From the NCBI GenBank assembly GCA_041661265.1, contig JBAZUT010000003.1, forward strand, positions 15,191 to 79,190: 64,000 nucleotides of DNA. The letters run 5' to 3'. Shown piece after piece: positions 26,703 to 37,494 of this stretch. The notes under the pieces were generated by a model that made no database searches, had not been told where the DNA came from, and saw only the letters and a list, made by a program, of their open reading frames with translations. The position numbers and the translations under genes were made by a program. Each line of letters opens with the position of its first letter. Within the stretch, counting starts at the first letter, position 1. The stretch is from Minisyncoccota bacterium. Lineage in GTDB: Bacteria; Patescibacteriota; Minisyncoccia; JAHIHE01; JAGLIN01.

Positions 26703-27146
26703 ATGCCGTTTCATATAAGATATTTATCAAGAAAAACTGTCAATGAGGCATACATTAAACATATAGTTGAAAGCAGTTTGAGATCGATGCATAAAGATGA
26801 TGCGGAATTCGACTTGGTGTTCATCGGAAAAAAAAGAATGAGAGATCTCAATAGAATTTACAGAGGAAAGGACAAGGTAACTGACGTGCTGTCTTTCGGA
26901 AATACTTACGGAAGCAAGAAAGATCCGTTTGTCAGCCCCCGCGATATTCCTGAAAATTTAGGTGAAATATTCATTTGCACTGAGCGTGCCAAAGAGCAAG
27001 CGAAACAGAAGGGGCATAGCTTAAAAAAGGAGCTGTCAATACTTTTAATTCACGGAATATTGCATCTCGCGGGATTCGATCATGAGGATGATAAAGATGC
27101 GCGCATTATGCAACGGACTGAAAACAGGTTGCTTTCGGAACTGTAA
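26703..27146 (+). CDS. ybeY: rRNA maturation endoribonuclease YbeY
   Basis: TDVLSF, HGILHLAGFDH. Confidence 0.95.
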   Translation: MPFHIRYLSRKTVNEAYIKHIVESSLRSMHKDDAEFDLVFIGKKRMRDLNRIYRGKDKVTDVLSFGNTYGSKKDPFVSPRDIPENLGEIFICTERAKEQAKQKGHSLKKELSILLIHGILHLAGFDHEDDKDARIMQRTENRLLSEL

Positions 27147-27167
27147 TATCTTAAGGATCAAAATACG

Positions 27168-27527
27168 ATGCCATTCAGTATAAAAAATTTTTACAGGAGC
27201 TTAATAAACGCTTCAAGGGGGATTAAATATGCGGCAAAAGAGCAAAATTTCAGGATACAGATAATAATTTCGACGATTGTTATTTTTTTTGCTCAATATT
27301 TTGATGTTCGGGCGTGGGAAAAATTGACTTTGGTCCTTATAATAGTGCTGATCCTGGTGCTAGAAATTCTGAATAGTGTATTTGAAAGGGTTGTGGATAT
27401 TCTTGAGCCCAGAGTTCATCCATACGCGAAGATCATAAAGGACATGATGGCTGCAGCGGTTCTTATTTCGGCCATTGGCGCTGTGATCATTGGTTTGATA
27501 ATTTTTGGTCCTCGTATCGGAGTATAA
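27168..27527 (+). CDS. dgkA: Diacylglycerol/undecaprenol kinase
   Basis: EQNFRIQ, EILNSVFERVVD, KDMMAAAV. Confidence 0.9.
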   Translation: MPFSIKNFYRSLINASRGIKYAAKEQNFRIQIIISTIVIFFAQYFDVRAWEKLTLVLIIVLILVLEILNSVFERVVDILEPRVHPYAKIIKDMMAAAVLISAIGAVIIGLIIFGPRIGV

Positions 27528-27641
27528 AAGCTTTTTATTTTTTTTGTTTTGTATTATAATGTAATGTATAACTCGATAGAATTCGAAGTTAATTGTTTTT
27601 AGTTAAAACGATAATTGCAGCGGAGGTAAAAAACAAATATT

Positions 27642-28889
27642 ATGTCAAAAGACGATATCATAGTCGGGCTGGATATAGGGACAAGTTCGGTCAGGACCGT
27701 AATTGCCCAAAAACAAAGCGATACTTCAAAGCTTATGGTGCTGGGCGTTGGAGTTGCACCGTCGAACGGGTTGAACGGGGGTATTGTTGTTGACGTGGAA
27801 GAAGTAATAAGGTCAATCGTCGAGTCGAAGGAACTGGCCGAGAGAACGGCGGGAATTCCGGTTGAGCATGCTATAGTAAGCATTAACGGAAGTCATATTT
27901 TTTCGCAATTTTCAAAAGGTGTTGTTGCCGTATCCAGGGCGGATGGCGAGATAAGCGAGGACGACGTGGCGCGCGTCATAAATGCGGCTCAGGCCATATC
28001 GATCCCCAATAACAAAGAGATAATTAATCTTTTTCCCTGCAATTATACAATAGACGGGCAGGAAAAAATAAAGGATCCTGTGGGAATGAATGGCGTCAGG
28101 CTGGAGGTCAATGCTCTGGTTGTTGAAGGAACGACGCCGTTTATAAAGAATCTGAATAAATGCGTAGAACGGTCGGGAATAGATGTTGAATGTATTGTGT
28201 TCTCAAATCTTGCAGCAGCTAAGGCGGTTTTGACAAAAAGGCAGAAAGAATTGGGTGTTGTAGTTGTTGATATTGGAAAGGGAATTACAGGGATATCGGT
28301 ATATGAGGATGGAAACATATTGCTATCGTGCGTCATACCGGTGGGTGCGGGGCACATTACGAATGATGTTGCGATCGGACTCAGGACGTCGATCGACGTT
28401 GCAGAGAAGATCAAACTTGAATATGGAACAGTGCAGTCGTCGGATGTCGGTAAGAATGAAAAGATCGTACTTTCTGAATTCGATGAAAATGAAGAAGGGG
28501 AGTTCAGTCGCAAGTATCTTGCGGAAATAGTCGAGGCGAGGGTGGATGAAATCTTTTCAATGGTTGACGACGAGTTGAAAAAGATCGATAAAAGCGGGAT
28601 GCTTCCTTCGGGGGTCGTTATAACCGGAGGCGGAGCAAAGCTTCCGGGAATCGTGAATCTTGCGAAAAAAGCGTTAAGGCTTCCGGCGCAGATCGGATAT
28701 CCGAAGGAGATGGATGGCATCATTGATCGCGTCGATGATCCTTCGTTTGCGACCTCTATCGGATTGATTTTGTGGGAGTCTGATGAGAACGGTTATTTTC
28801 AGTCAAGTTCGAGCGGTATGATGGATAAGATATCCATCGATAAAATAGGAAAAAAGATCAGGAAATTATTCAAAACATTGCTGCCTTGA
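27642..28889 (+). CDS. ftsA: Cell division protein FtsA
   Basis: GLDIGTS, PVGMNGVRLE, VITGGGAKL. Confidence 0.97.
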   Translation: MSKDDIIVGLDIGTSSVRTVIAQKQSDTSKLMVLGVGVAPSNGLNGGIVVDVEEVIRSIVESKELAERTAGIPVEHAIVSINGSHIFSQFSKGVVAVSRADGEISEDDVARVINAAQAISIPNNKEIINLFPCNYTIDGQEKIKDPVGMNGVRLEVNALVVEGTTPFIKNLNKCVERSGIDVECIVFSNLAAAKAVLTKRQKELGVVVVDIGKGITGISVYEDGNILLSCVIPVGAGHITNDVAIGLRTSIDVAEKIKLEYGTVQSSDVGKNEKIVLSEFDENEEGEFSRKYLAEIVEARVDEIFSMVDDELKKIDKSGMLPSGVVITGGGAKLPGIVNLAKKALRLPAQIGYPKEMDGIIDRVDDPSFATSIGLILWESDENGYFQSSSSGMMDKISIDKIGKKIRKLFKTLLP

Positions 28890-28968
28890 AAACGAAAAAA
28901 TATGGATTTGCGTGAAAATAAAAAAAAATGTAATATGAAATTAGAATATAATAATTTATGAATATATT

Positions 28969-30303
28969 ATGAAAGAAATTAAGCCGGAACTTGAAACATT
29001 TGCGAGGATCAAGGTTATTGGGGTGGGCGGAGGCGGAAATCATGCGATAAGCCGCATGGCTGAGGCGAATCTGAAAGGCATAGATTTTATTGCAGTCAAT
29101 ACTGATGCTCAGGATCTGCATCATTGCAGGGTGACTGAAAAAATTCATATAGGAAAGAACTTAACTAGAGGTCTGGGAGCAGGAATGAATCCTGACATGG
29201 GACGGCAAGCTGCGGAAGAAAATAAAGACGAGATTCAGGATGCTCTGAAAAATTCAGATATGGTTTTTGTTACATGCGGACTTGGCGGAGGAACAGGCAC
29301 GGGAGCTGCTCCGATAATTGCTGAAGTTGCAAAGGAAAGCGGTGCATTGACCGTTGCAGTGGTCACGAGGCCTTTTTTGTTCGAGGGGATACAGCGAAGA
29401 AGGATAGCTGACGAAGGGCTTGAAATATTAAGAAGACAGGTTGATGCGATCATTACGATCCCCAATGACAAATTGTTGCAGATAATAGACAAAAAAACAT
29501 TGCTTCTTGATTCATTTAAGATAGTAGATGATGTACTCAGGCAAGCCGTACAGGGAATTTCGGATCTTATAACAATTCCCGGCATCGTTAATGTGGATTT
29601 CGCGGATGTGAAGGCTGTCATGGAAAACACGGGAACGTCGCTGATGGGGATCGGGCGGGCAAGCGGTGAAAATAGAGCAAGTGAAGCGGCAAAACAGGCG
29701 ATAAACAGCCCTCTTTTGGATATTTCGATACATGGAGCAAAGGGTGTGTTGTTCAACATAAGCGGAGGGTTGGACCTTACTATGATGGAAGTGAATGAAG
29801 CGGCAAACGTGATCGTTGAATCCATAGACCCTGATGCAAAAGTCATATTCGGAGCCATTACCGACGAAACATTGAAGAAGGGAGAGATAAAGGTTACGGT
29901 TATCGCCACCGGATTCGGAGACGAGGTCCATAAAAAAATTATCTCGCGAAGCAGTTTTCGTCCGAGCTTGGGATTGAAAAAAAGCGAAAGTAGAATCGAG
30001 AAATTTTTCGAAAAAGAAGGACTAAAGCGCGAAGAAAGTGAAAATGTTCCCGAAAAGCCAGTTAATCAGGTGCCGTCGAAAAAAATGAATGTTGAAGCTC
30101 AGAACTCAGATCTTATTTCAAAGACGATCCCTGCTCAGGAAAGCAAGAAATATGATGAGCCTGTGTTTGAAAGAATTGCTGAGGAAAAAGAAGAAAAAAC
30201 ATTTGAATCCAAAATTAATCCTCTTAAGTATAACGACGAAATAGATATTCCGGCATTTATAAGAAGAAAAATGATCAAAAAGGATTACGAAGACGAAGAT
30301 TGA
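28969..30303 (+). CDS. ftsZ: Cell division protein FtsZ
   Basis: GGGTGTG tubulin signature, NVDFAD, C-terminal DIPAFIRR. Confidence 0.99.
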   Translation: MKEIKPELETFARIKVIGVGGGGNHAISRMAEANLKGIDFIAVNTDAQDLHHCRVTEKIHIGKNLTRGLGAGMNPDMGRQAAEENKDEIQDALKNSDMVFVTCGLGGGTGTGAAPIIAEVAKESGALTVAVVTRPFLFEGIQRRRIADEGLEILRRQVDAIITIPNDKLLQIIDKKTLLLDSFKIVDDVLRQAVQGISDLITIPGIVNVDFADVKAVMENTGTSLMGIGRASGENRASEAAKQAINSPLLDISIHGAKGVLFNISGGLDLTMMEVNEAANVIVESIDPDAKVIFGAITDETLKKGEIKVTVIATGFGDEVHKKIISRSSFRPSLGLKKSESRIEKFFEKEGLKREESENVPEKPVNQVPSKKMNVEAQNSDLISKTIPAQESKKYDEPVFERIAEEKEEKTFESKINPLKYNDEIDIPAFIRRKMIKKDYEDED

Positions 30304-30461
30304 AAAATTAAAAAAACAAAAACAAATTAGACATAAAATAAAAAGATCTGTCCTTTATTTTGAATAATATTGAGCAGAAATTATAAAGGCAGTTTTTTGT
30401 TGAGCATTAACGGGTATTGGATCATAGCATTTTTATTAGGTAAGCCATTAATAAAAAATAG

Positions 30462-32204
30462 ATGAACGAGAAAAAAACAAAAGTGACCAAAATCAGGAAA
30501 CGAGACGGCAGGGTTGTCAGGTTTGATAAGGCAAAGATCACAAGTGCGATACATAAAGCGCTGACTGCTACGGGCGAAGGCGGAAAGAGGAATGCGCAGG
30601 AACTGGCAAAAAAGATCGAACATGAAGTGAATAAGCGTTTCTATGTTCGGAACGGCGGCGGAAAATTCAAGGCCGAAATTCCGACCGTTGAAGAAATGCA
30701 GGATATCGTCGAGGATTATTTGATCCGCGAAAATTATTTGGATACTGTAAAGGCTTACATTATATACAGAGAACAGCACAGATTGATACGTGAAAATCAT
30801 GATGTTCTGAAAAAATCCATTGATCTCGTTGATGATTACTTGAGCGAAGCTGACTGGCAAGTCAAAGAGAATAGTAATATGTCATATTCATTGCAGGGAT
30901 TGAACAATTATATTTCCAATGTAATTACTTCGAAGTATTGGCTCGAGAAGATCTATCCGCCGGAAATAAGAGAGGCGTATGTGAGTGGAGATTTTCATAT
31001 CCATGATCTCGGACTTTTGTCCGTGTATTGCTGCGGATGGGACCTGAAAGACCTCCTGACGAGGGGTTTTGGAGGCGTAAAGGGCAAAATTGACAGCAAG
31101 CCGCCCAAGCATTTCAGAAGCGCATTGGGGCAGGTTGTGAATTTTTTCTATACACTTCAGGGAGAAGCTGCGGGAGCGCAGGCTTTCTCGAATTTCGATA
31201 CTCTTTTGGCACCATATATCAAATACGATCAGCTGACATACAGGGATGTGAAACAGGCAATGCAGGAATTTGTCTATAACATGAATGTTCCGACCAGAGT
31301 TGGTTTCCAGACGCCTTTTACGAATATAACAATGGATCTGAAGGCGCCTTCAAATCTTGCGGATGAACCTGTGATCATCGGCGGAGTCATACAAAAGGAG
31401 CAATATAAGGACTTTTCAAACGAGATAAGCCTCATAAACAAGGCATTTGCAGAAGTGATGTATGAAGGCGACGCTTCGGGACGGGTCTTTACGTTTCCGA
31501 TCCCAACTTATAATATTACGAAGGATTTTGACTGGGATGACCCTAATCTTGAACCGATCTGGGAAATGACCGCTAAGTATGGAATTCCTTATTTCGCGAA
31601 CTATGTTAACAGCGACATGAAGCCTGAGGATGCGAGATCAATGTGCTGCAGACTAAGGCTTGATACGAGAGAACTTTATAAAAGAGGCGGAGGGCTTTTC
31701 GGAGCTCATCCTCTTACGGGTTCCATCGGAGTTGTCACCATCAACTTGCCAAGATTGGGATATTTGTCGAAAAATAAGGCCGATTTCTTCGTCCGGCTGG
31801 AAAAAATGATGGATCTGGCCAAAGAAAGTCTTGAAATCAAGAGGAAGACGCTTGAAAATTTCACGGAGAAAGGATTGTATCCCTACTCGAAATATTATCT
31901 GTCGAATATTAAACTTCAAAGGGGCGAATTCTGGGGAAATCATTTCTCAACTATCGGAATAATAGGAATGAATGAAGCACTGTTGAACTTTATGGGAAAA
32001 AAGTCGGGCATAATCACTGAAAAGGGAAATAAATTTGCCGAGGAAGTGCTCATGTTTATGAGGGATAAAATGGTTAAATATCAGGAAGAAACAGGTAATT
32101 TATATAATCTCGAAGCGACTCCGGGAGAAGGAACATCTTACAGGCTTGCCAAGAAAGACGTGGAGAGATACCCGAATATAATAACCGCAGTAGTCGAATA
32201 TTAA
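30462..32204 (+). CDS. nrdD: Class III anaerobic ribonucleotide reductase with ATP cone, C-terminally truncated
   Basis: ATP cone, HIHDL, YCCGW, RSMCCRL, EATPGEG; stops at ...NIITAVVEY before the Zn and glycyl-radical domain. Confidence 0.9.
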   Translation: MNEKKTKVTKIRKRDGRVVRFDKAKITSAIHKALTATGEGGKRNAQELAKKIEHEVNKRFYVRNGGGKFKAEIPTVEEMQDIVEDYLIRENYLDTVKAYIIYREQHRLIRENHDVLKKSIDLVDDYLSEADWQVKENSNMSYSLQGLNNYISNVITSKYWLEKIYPPEIREAYVSGDFHIHDLGLLSVYCCGWDLKDLLTRGFGGVKGKIDSKPPKHFRSALGQVVNFFYTLQGEAAGAQAFSNFDTLLAPYIKYDQLTYRDVKQAMQEFVYNMNVPTRVGFQTPFTNITMDLKAPSNLADEPVIIGGVIQKEQYKDFSNEISLINKAFAEVMYEGDASGRVFTFPIPTYNITKDFDWDDPNLEPIWEMTAKYGIPYFANYVNSDMKPEDARSMCCRLRLDTRELYKRGGGLFGAHPLTGSIGVVTINLPRLGYLSKNKADFFVRLEKMMDLAKESLEIKRKTLENFTEKGLYPYSKYYLSNIKLQRGEFWGNHFSTIGIIGMNEALLNFMGKKSGIITEKGNKFAEEVLMFMRDKMVKYQEETGNLYNLEATPGEGTSYRLAKKDVERYPNIITAVVEY

Positions 32205-32379
32205 TCCAAATCAATGGGATTTCTGTTTCAAATGGTAGCATATTCAAATGCTGTACAAAAAAGCATCTTATGATGTTTTTTTGTTTTGCCGGCAGCGGAG
32301 GCATAAAATTGAACAAAAATGATTATAGTGCTATATTGTTAACAGTGGTAAACGAATTTAACCGGGAAACGAATATAAC

Positions 32380-33105
32380 ATGATCATAGGCGGAATGCAA
32401 AAATTTACCCTGCTTGATTATCCGGGCAAAATATCGGCAATTGTTTTTACGAAAGGCTGCAATTTGAGGTGCCCTTATTGCCATAATCCCGAAATAGTCG
32501 ATCCCAAAAAGATAGATTATGAAAATAATATAAGCGAACAAGACGTTATTAAGTTCCTCGAAACAAGAAAGGGTGATCTTGACGGGGTTTGCATAACGGG
32601 AGGGGAGCCTACCCTGCAGATAGGATTAAGCGGTTTCATCAGGAAAATAAAAGATATGGGTTTTTTGGTCAAGCTCGATACGAATGCGACTCAGTTGGGA
32701 ACCGTCAAGAATCTGGTAAAGGACGACATTGTCGACTATTGGGCGGTGGATATAAAAACGGTACCGAAAAAATATATAATTCTGGGCGGCGGCGATGGCG
32801 TTGTAAAAAATATTGAAAAAAGCCTGGGTCTGATGATCAATAGCGGCAAAAAACTTGAACTCAGGACAACGGTTGTCAGGGGGCTGGTGAATGAGGGTGA
32901 TATAGATGTAATGATGGCGTGGCTGAATGGCATTAATAAGGAGATACTCAAAAAGATAGACAGATATTCACTCCAGGGATTCAGGCCGGAGAAGACTCTG
33001 CTTGCCGGATATGCAGCAGTCGTGCCCTATCCCAGGGAAATGCTTGAAATAATGGCTGAAAAAATAAAGCCATTTTGCAGGAATGTAATAATTATGTCTG
33101 ATTAA
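32380..33105 (+). CDS. nrdG: Anaerobic RNR activating radical SAM enzyme
   Basis: LLDYPG, CNLRCPYCHN, ITGGEPT. Confidence 0.93.
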   Translation: MIIGGMQKFTLLDYPGKISAIVFTKGCNLRCPYCHNPEIVDPKKIDYENNISEQDVIKFLETRKGDLDGVCITGGEPTLQIGLSGFIRKIKDMGFLVKLDTNATQLGTVKNLVKDDIVDYWAVDIKTVPKKYIILGGGDGVVKNIEKSLGLMINSGKKLELRTTVVRGLVNEGDIDVMMAWLNGINKEILKKIDRYSLQGFRPEKTLLAGYAAVVPYPREMLEIMAEKIKPFCRNVIIMSD

Positions 33106-33108
33106 AAC

Positions 33109-33381
33109 ATGAAATTTAGATGCAAGGTCATCACCAGGTCATCAAGGAATGAGGTGGTGGGTATCGACAATTTATATCGGCTTGATCTTGGTTTTAAGGG
33201 AAGGGCGAAAGATGACGAACTTCCGATGCTGAGAATATATCTGACGGCCGTTCCGGAAAATGGAAAAGCGAATAAGAAGCTGGTTGAGGTTTTGTCCGAA
33301 GCAATGGATATCAGTAGGAGCAGGATCAGTATCATTAAAGGTGAAAAAAGCCATGAGAAGGTCATAGAGATCGATGACTAG
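33109..33381 (+). CDS. DUF167 (YggU/UPF0235) family protein
   Basis: PENGKAN, IIKGEKSHEK. Confidence 0.85.
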   Translation: MKFRCKVITRSSRNEVVGIDNLYRLDLGFKGRAKDDELPMLRIYLTAVPENGKANKKLVEVLSEAMDISRSRISIIKGEKSHEKVIEIDD

Positions 33382-34879
33382 GTCGGAATTATTTTTAGTT
33401 CTTTGCGGAGCATTCATATCCGGAGTGCTGCTTGGATCGTATTGTTTTGTTGAGATCTGGCTATTGATATTTTATTCAGGCATCGCGGCGATGCTGTTTT
33501 TTATTTTCAGAAAAGGCAATGCCGCGAAATTATCGCTTGTAATACTGATCATTCTGGCAGGAGCAGTCAGCATAGAAATGCGCGTGAAAAATGATGAGGC
33601 TGCAGTAAAATTAAATGGATTTGAGGAGGGGCGAAAAATTAAAATCGAGGGCAGAATGGCGCATATTGGAACTGCAAAGAACAGTGATCAGGAAATAGTG
33701 CTTGATAGTCTGAAGAACTCGGCAAGCGGAAGTGCAATTCCTGGAAAAATCATCGTATATCTTCCCCACTATCCCGCCTATAAGGCATGCAGCGCTATTG
33801 TTATTGAGGGGAAGATCAATATGCCAAGTAATTTCAGCGGCTTTGACTACAGGATGTATCTTGCGTCAAAAGGTATATATTATACAATGTATTATCCCAA
33901 AATAGAATCCGTAAAGAATACCACAGATCTTTTGTGCGGGTATTCCGCAGGAATCAGAGATTTTGCATCCGAGCTCAATAAAAAGATATATCCCCAGCCG
34001 CAATCCGCCATTATGAATGCTCTGATATTGGGCATCGAATCGGATATAAGCGAAGAAGTGATAAACGCTTTCAATAAAACGGGAACGCGTCATCTTCTCG
34101 CAATATCCGGCTTTAATATTTCCATAATTGCGATCATTCTGATGAGTCTTCTGCTGTCGTTGGGAATAAGGAGGGACAGAGCATTTTATTTTTCATCGAT
34201 CGGGATCATACTTTATGTTATGATCATAGAAAGTTCGTCTTCGTCGATCAGAGCCGGTATAATGGGCGAATTAGTGCTTGTAGCGTTCAAGCTTGGCAGG
34301 CTTCCTTCGGCTCTGAACGCCATTGTTTTTGCGGCCAGCGCAATGCTTCTTGAAAATCCTTATCTGCTCCGATATGACGTGGGATTTCAGCTTTCATTTC
34401 TTGCGGTGATGGGTCTGATGTTCATCTATCCGAAATTTGATAAACATCTGTCCGGCATCAGGGACATATTCGGCATGAAGACGATATTTATGGCAACGAT
34501 TTCCGCACAGATCGCGGCTTTGCCGATACTGTTGTATAATTTCGGGAACGTATCGGTCCTTTCTGTTGTTTCGAATATGCTTGTATTGCCGTTTGCCATA
34601 GCTGTCATGATCGGAGGATTTGCCATAATATTCATAGGGACGTTCAGCTTGTATCTTGCAAGGGTTCTGTCATGGCCCATCTGGCTTCTGATCGAATATC
34701 AAGTGGAGACGATCAAATATATCTCAAAAATAGATTTGTTCGCTATAAGATATGACGATCCGAATTATTTATTCGTGCCCGCATATTATATGATTTTGAT
34801 AGGATTACTTCGGGGTAAAACATTTTTGAATAGCATAATGTCCGGAAACGCAAACAATAAAAAAATCCCGAAGCCTTGA
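33374..34879 (+). CDS. comEC: ComEC/Rec2 competence channel (membrane + OB part)
   Basis: FDYRMYL, GTRHLLAISGFN, SIRAGIM, GFQLSF. Confidence 0.93.
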   Translation: MTRSELFLVLCGAFISGVLLGSYCFVEIWLLIFYSGIAAMLFFIFRKGNAAKLSLVILIILAGAVSIEMRVKNDEAAVKLNGFEEGRKIKIEGRMAHIGTAKNSDQEIVLDSLKNSASGSAIPGKIIVYLPHYPAYKACSAIVIEGKINMPSNFSGFDYRMYLASKGIYYTMYYPKIESVKNTTDLLCGYSAGIRDFASELNKKIYPQPQSAIMNALILGIESDISEEVINAFNKTGTRHLLAISGFNISIIAIILMSLLLSLGIRRDRAFYFSSIGIILYVMIIESSSSSIRAGIMGELVLVAFKLGRLPSALNAIVFAASAMLLENPYLLRYDVGFQLSFLAVMGLMFIYPKFDKHLSGIRDIFGMKTIFMATISAQIAALPILLYNFGNVSVLSVVSNMLVLPFAIAVMIGGFAIIFIGTFSLYLARVLSWPIWLLIEYQVETIKYISKIDLFAIRYDDPNYLFVPAYYMILIGLLRGKTFLNSIMSGNANNKKIPKP

Positions 34880-34898
34880 GCTTGGGATGCTTTGAAGA

Positions 34899-35198
34899 TC
34901 AACTGAACATCGGCATTCCTGTCTCCAGTTTTTTCTTAGATGTCTTTTTTATCGGATTAAGCGGGTCCATTGCGCTTTCATCGCACTCTTCCATGTCTTT
35001 ATCATATTCTGCGATCTCGCTGCGTATAGAGCGTAATTTGCTCGCTGAAACGTTTTTGTGTTTCGTTATGCTGCCCGATCCGGGATGAAATTCATGAAGT
35101 ATTTTTTTTCCTTTATTTTCGCGAAGATAAACAAACGTATCGCCATATCGCTCATCGAACCTGATCCCGAGAAATGTCGTGAAAGGCACATTTATCAC
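34899..35198 (-). CDS. Hypothetical protein
   Basis: GGAG SD, GTG start; sits between comEC halves. Confidence 0.5.
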   Translation of the reverse strand: MINVPFTTFLGIRFDERYGDTFVYLRENKGKKILHEFHPGSGSITKHKNVSASKLRSIRSEIAEYDKDMEECDESAMDPLNPIKKTSKKKLETGMPMFS

Positions 35199-35319
35199 TA
35201 CTCCATTTATCGGAATTATCTCGATTTTCTCGTCAATCGTCTTTCTTTTTGTTTTTTTGGGAATATCAACACCTCCATATGATAAATCATAATCTTTAAG
35301 GATATTTTGTCAACGAAAT

Positions 35320-36144
35320 ATGATGGCATTGTTCAAAAATATAAGGACTGTATTGATTATATTTCTTGGAATTGTAAACTTCTTTATTTTGATGGTTTTT
35401 GGAAGCGATATGCAAAGCGTTCGTGCGAAGATCGTATTTCTGGATGTGGGCCAGGGCGATGCGACTCTGATTCTGGCGGAAAACGATGACCAGGTGCTGA
35501 TAGACGGCGGCGATGGAAAGAGGATAATGGATGAATTGGGAAAAAATATGCCTTTTTATGATCATACGATCGAATTAGTTGTTATAACGCATCCGGACAG
35601 CGATCACGCAGGAGGATTGATCGAGGTGCTGAAATATTATGAGGTTGACGAGATTCTTCAGACGAGATATTCCTGCGATACTCAGATCTGCAAAGAGCTT
35701 GACGCGGTCATATCGGAAAAAGGAATTAAAAGACGTTATGCCCAATTCGGCCAAATGATCCATGCAGGCGATCAAAGTGCCGAGATTTTGCATTTCGGAG
35801 ATGCCGGCACGGGTGCCAGCGATGACAATAACGATTCTATCGTCTTAAAGGCGTCGATCAATGGAAAAACCATATTGCTCATGGGTGATGCGGGATCGCT
35901 TGTTGAAAGCGATCTGATAAGACGCGGCATTGATATCGACTCGGATATATTGAAAGTGTCGCATCATGGAAGCAAGTCTGCCACATCCGCAGAATTCATT
36001 GAAAAAGTATCTCCTCAAAAAGCCATTATATCCGTCGGAAAGAACAAATACGGGCATCCATCGGATGATGTTCTGAACAGATTGAAAAATGTGAACATTG
36101 AGGTATTAAGAACGGATATTTCGGGCGATGTTGCCGTCGAGTGA
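35320..36144 (+). CDS. ComEC metallo-beta-lactamase domain protein
   Basis: DVGQGD, THPDSDHAGG, KVSHHGS, YGHP. Confidence 0.93.
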   Translation: MMALFKNIRTVLIIFLGIVNFFILMVFGSDMQSVRAKIVFLDVGQGDATLILAENDDQVLIDGGDGKRIMDELGKNMPFYDHTIELVVITHPDSDHAGGLIEVLKYYEVDEILQTRYSCDTQICKELDAVISEKGIKRRYAQFGQMIHAGDQSAEILHFGDAGTGASDDNNDSIVLKASINGKTILLMGDAGSLVESDLIRRGIDIDSDILKVSHHGSKSATSAEFIEKVSPQKAIISVGKNKYGHPSDDVLNRLKNVNIEVLRTDISGDVAVE

Positions 36145-36212
36145 AGTATTTACTTTTGAACTATTAATTGCTATTATGAACTATGTAGGGTGCGAATAAT
36201 AATTTATTTGAT

Positions 36213-36842
36213 ATGGATACTAAAAATATCGAGATCGAGATTCGCGGGCCGCTTGACGATGAATCGCATAAGCAACTTTTGAAATATATCGACAAGAACG
36301 GAAGGCTTTTGAAAAAACAGAGCCGATTTCTTGTTGATTATTCCACGTTTCTTGAGGGCATCGGGGATAGGAAGTCGGATATCCGTCTCAGGGTGACAAA
36401 TGGAAAGATCGAACTGATCGTTAAGAAGGGAAAGTTCGGAGCTTTTGCCAGGGAGGAGGCATCTGTTTTTGTGGAAGGCGGCGATCTGAAAAATGCTTTT
36501 TCGTTCATGGCTCTTTTGGGATTTAGAAAAGGCGTGGCAGCGGTCAGAAAAATTCTGAGATATGACGTTGACGGTGTTGAGATCGCAATTCAGGATGTGA
36601 TCAGATACGGTACAAAAGATGAGATACACTCCAGATTCTATGAAGCTGAAGTAATGACGAGCAAAACGGACGCTGAAAAGGGAAAAAACCGGATAATCGC
36701 ATTGCTAGACAAGATCGGTCTGAAAAAGTTCGGCGAAGAAGACTGGAACGAGTATATAGCGAAATTGAACAAAGAGGCTAATGGAGTGTATGACTATGAC
36801 AAAGACAATGCAGATTCTCTGAAAAGCATGCCGGGTCTTTAA
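36213..36842 (+). CDS. CYTH domain protein
   Basis: EIEIR N-terminal motif, IRLR, YEAE. Confidence 0.75.
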   Translation: MDTKNIEIEIRGPLDDESHKQLLKYIDKNGRLLKKQSRFLVDYSTFLEGIGDRKSDIRLRVTNGKIELIVKKGKFGAFAREEASVFVEGGDLKNAFSFMALLGFRKGVAAVRKILRYDVDGVEIAIQDVIRYGTKDEIHSRFYEAEVMTSKTDAEKGKNRIIALLDKIGLKKFGEEDWNEYIAKLNKEANGVYDYDKDNADSLKSMPGL

Positions 36843-36870
36843 TCAATATTTAATAAATAAACGAATTACA

Positions 36871-37476
36871 ATGGAAAAACATCCAAAAAAAGAACGAACA
36901 CTGGTAATTATTAAACCTGATGGCATCCAGAGGTCGCTAGTCGGAGATATTATAGGACGATTGGAGAGAGTCGGTTTGAAGTTTGTGGCTTTTAAATTTG
37001 TCATACCGAAGGAAGATCAATGCTGGGCGCATTATAACAAGAATGATGCGTGGTTTCAGATCAAGGGCGAGAGACAGGTGAATGAAAGGAAGGAACTCGG
37101 ATTGAAGGTCGAAAAGTCGGCGATAGAATATGGAAAAGATATATTGAGAGCGAATATTGACTTCTTTATGTCGGGACCCGTTCTTGTGATACTGCTAGAA
37201 GGCAATCAGGCGGTGGGGATCACCAAAAAACTTGTGGGCGGAACCGAACCGCTGACTTCTGATGTTGGAACGATAAGGGGAGATCTGACGCTGGATTCCT
37301 ATAGTGTTGCCGGGATCGACGGAAGAGCTGTCAGAAATCTCATACACTGTTCAGACAGTCCGATCGAGGCTGAAAGAGAATCGAAGATCTGGTTAAAAGA
37401 CGGTGATGTAATTGAATACAGGCTCGTTCAGGATCAGATCCTGTATGATGTTAATTTGGACGGCATATTAGAATAA
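36871..37476 (+). CDS. ndk: Nucleoside diphosphate kinase
   Basis: ERTLVIIKPDG, GTIRGD, NLIHCSD. Confidence 0.95.
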   Translation: MEKHPKKERTLVIIKPDGIQRSLVGDIIGRLERVGLKFVAFKFVIPKEDQCWAHYNKNDAWFQIKGERQVNERKELGLKVEKSAIEYGKDILRANIDFFMSGPVLVILLEGNQAVGITKKLVGGTEPLTSDVGTIRGDLTLDSYSVAGIDGRAVRNLIHCSDSPIEAERESKIWLKDGDVIEYRLVQDQILYDVNLDGILE

Positions 37477-37494
37477 AAAATAAACGAGAAATCA

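Noticed and set aside
32204-32380. Self-splicing intron or frameshift rescuing nrdD
   Set aside because: The gap is only 175 nt and I found no NrdD C-terminal motifs in it.
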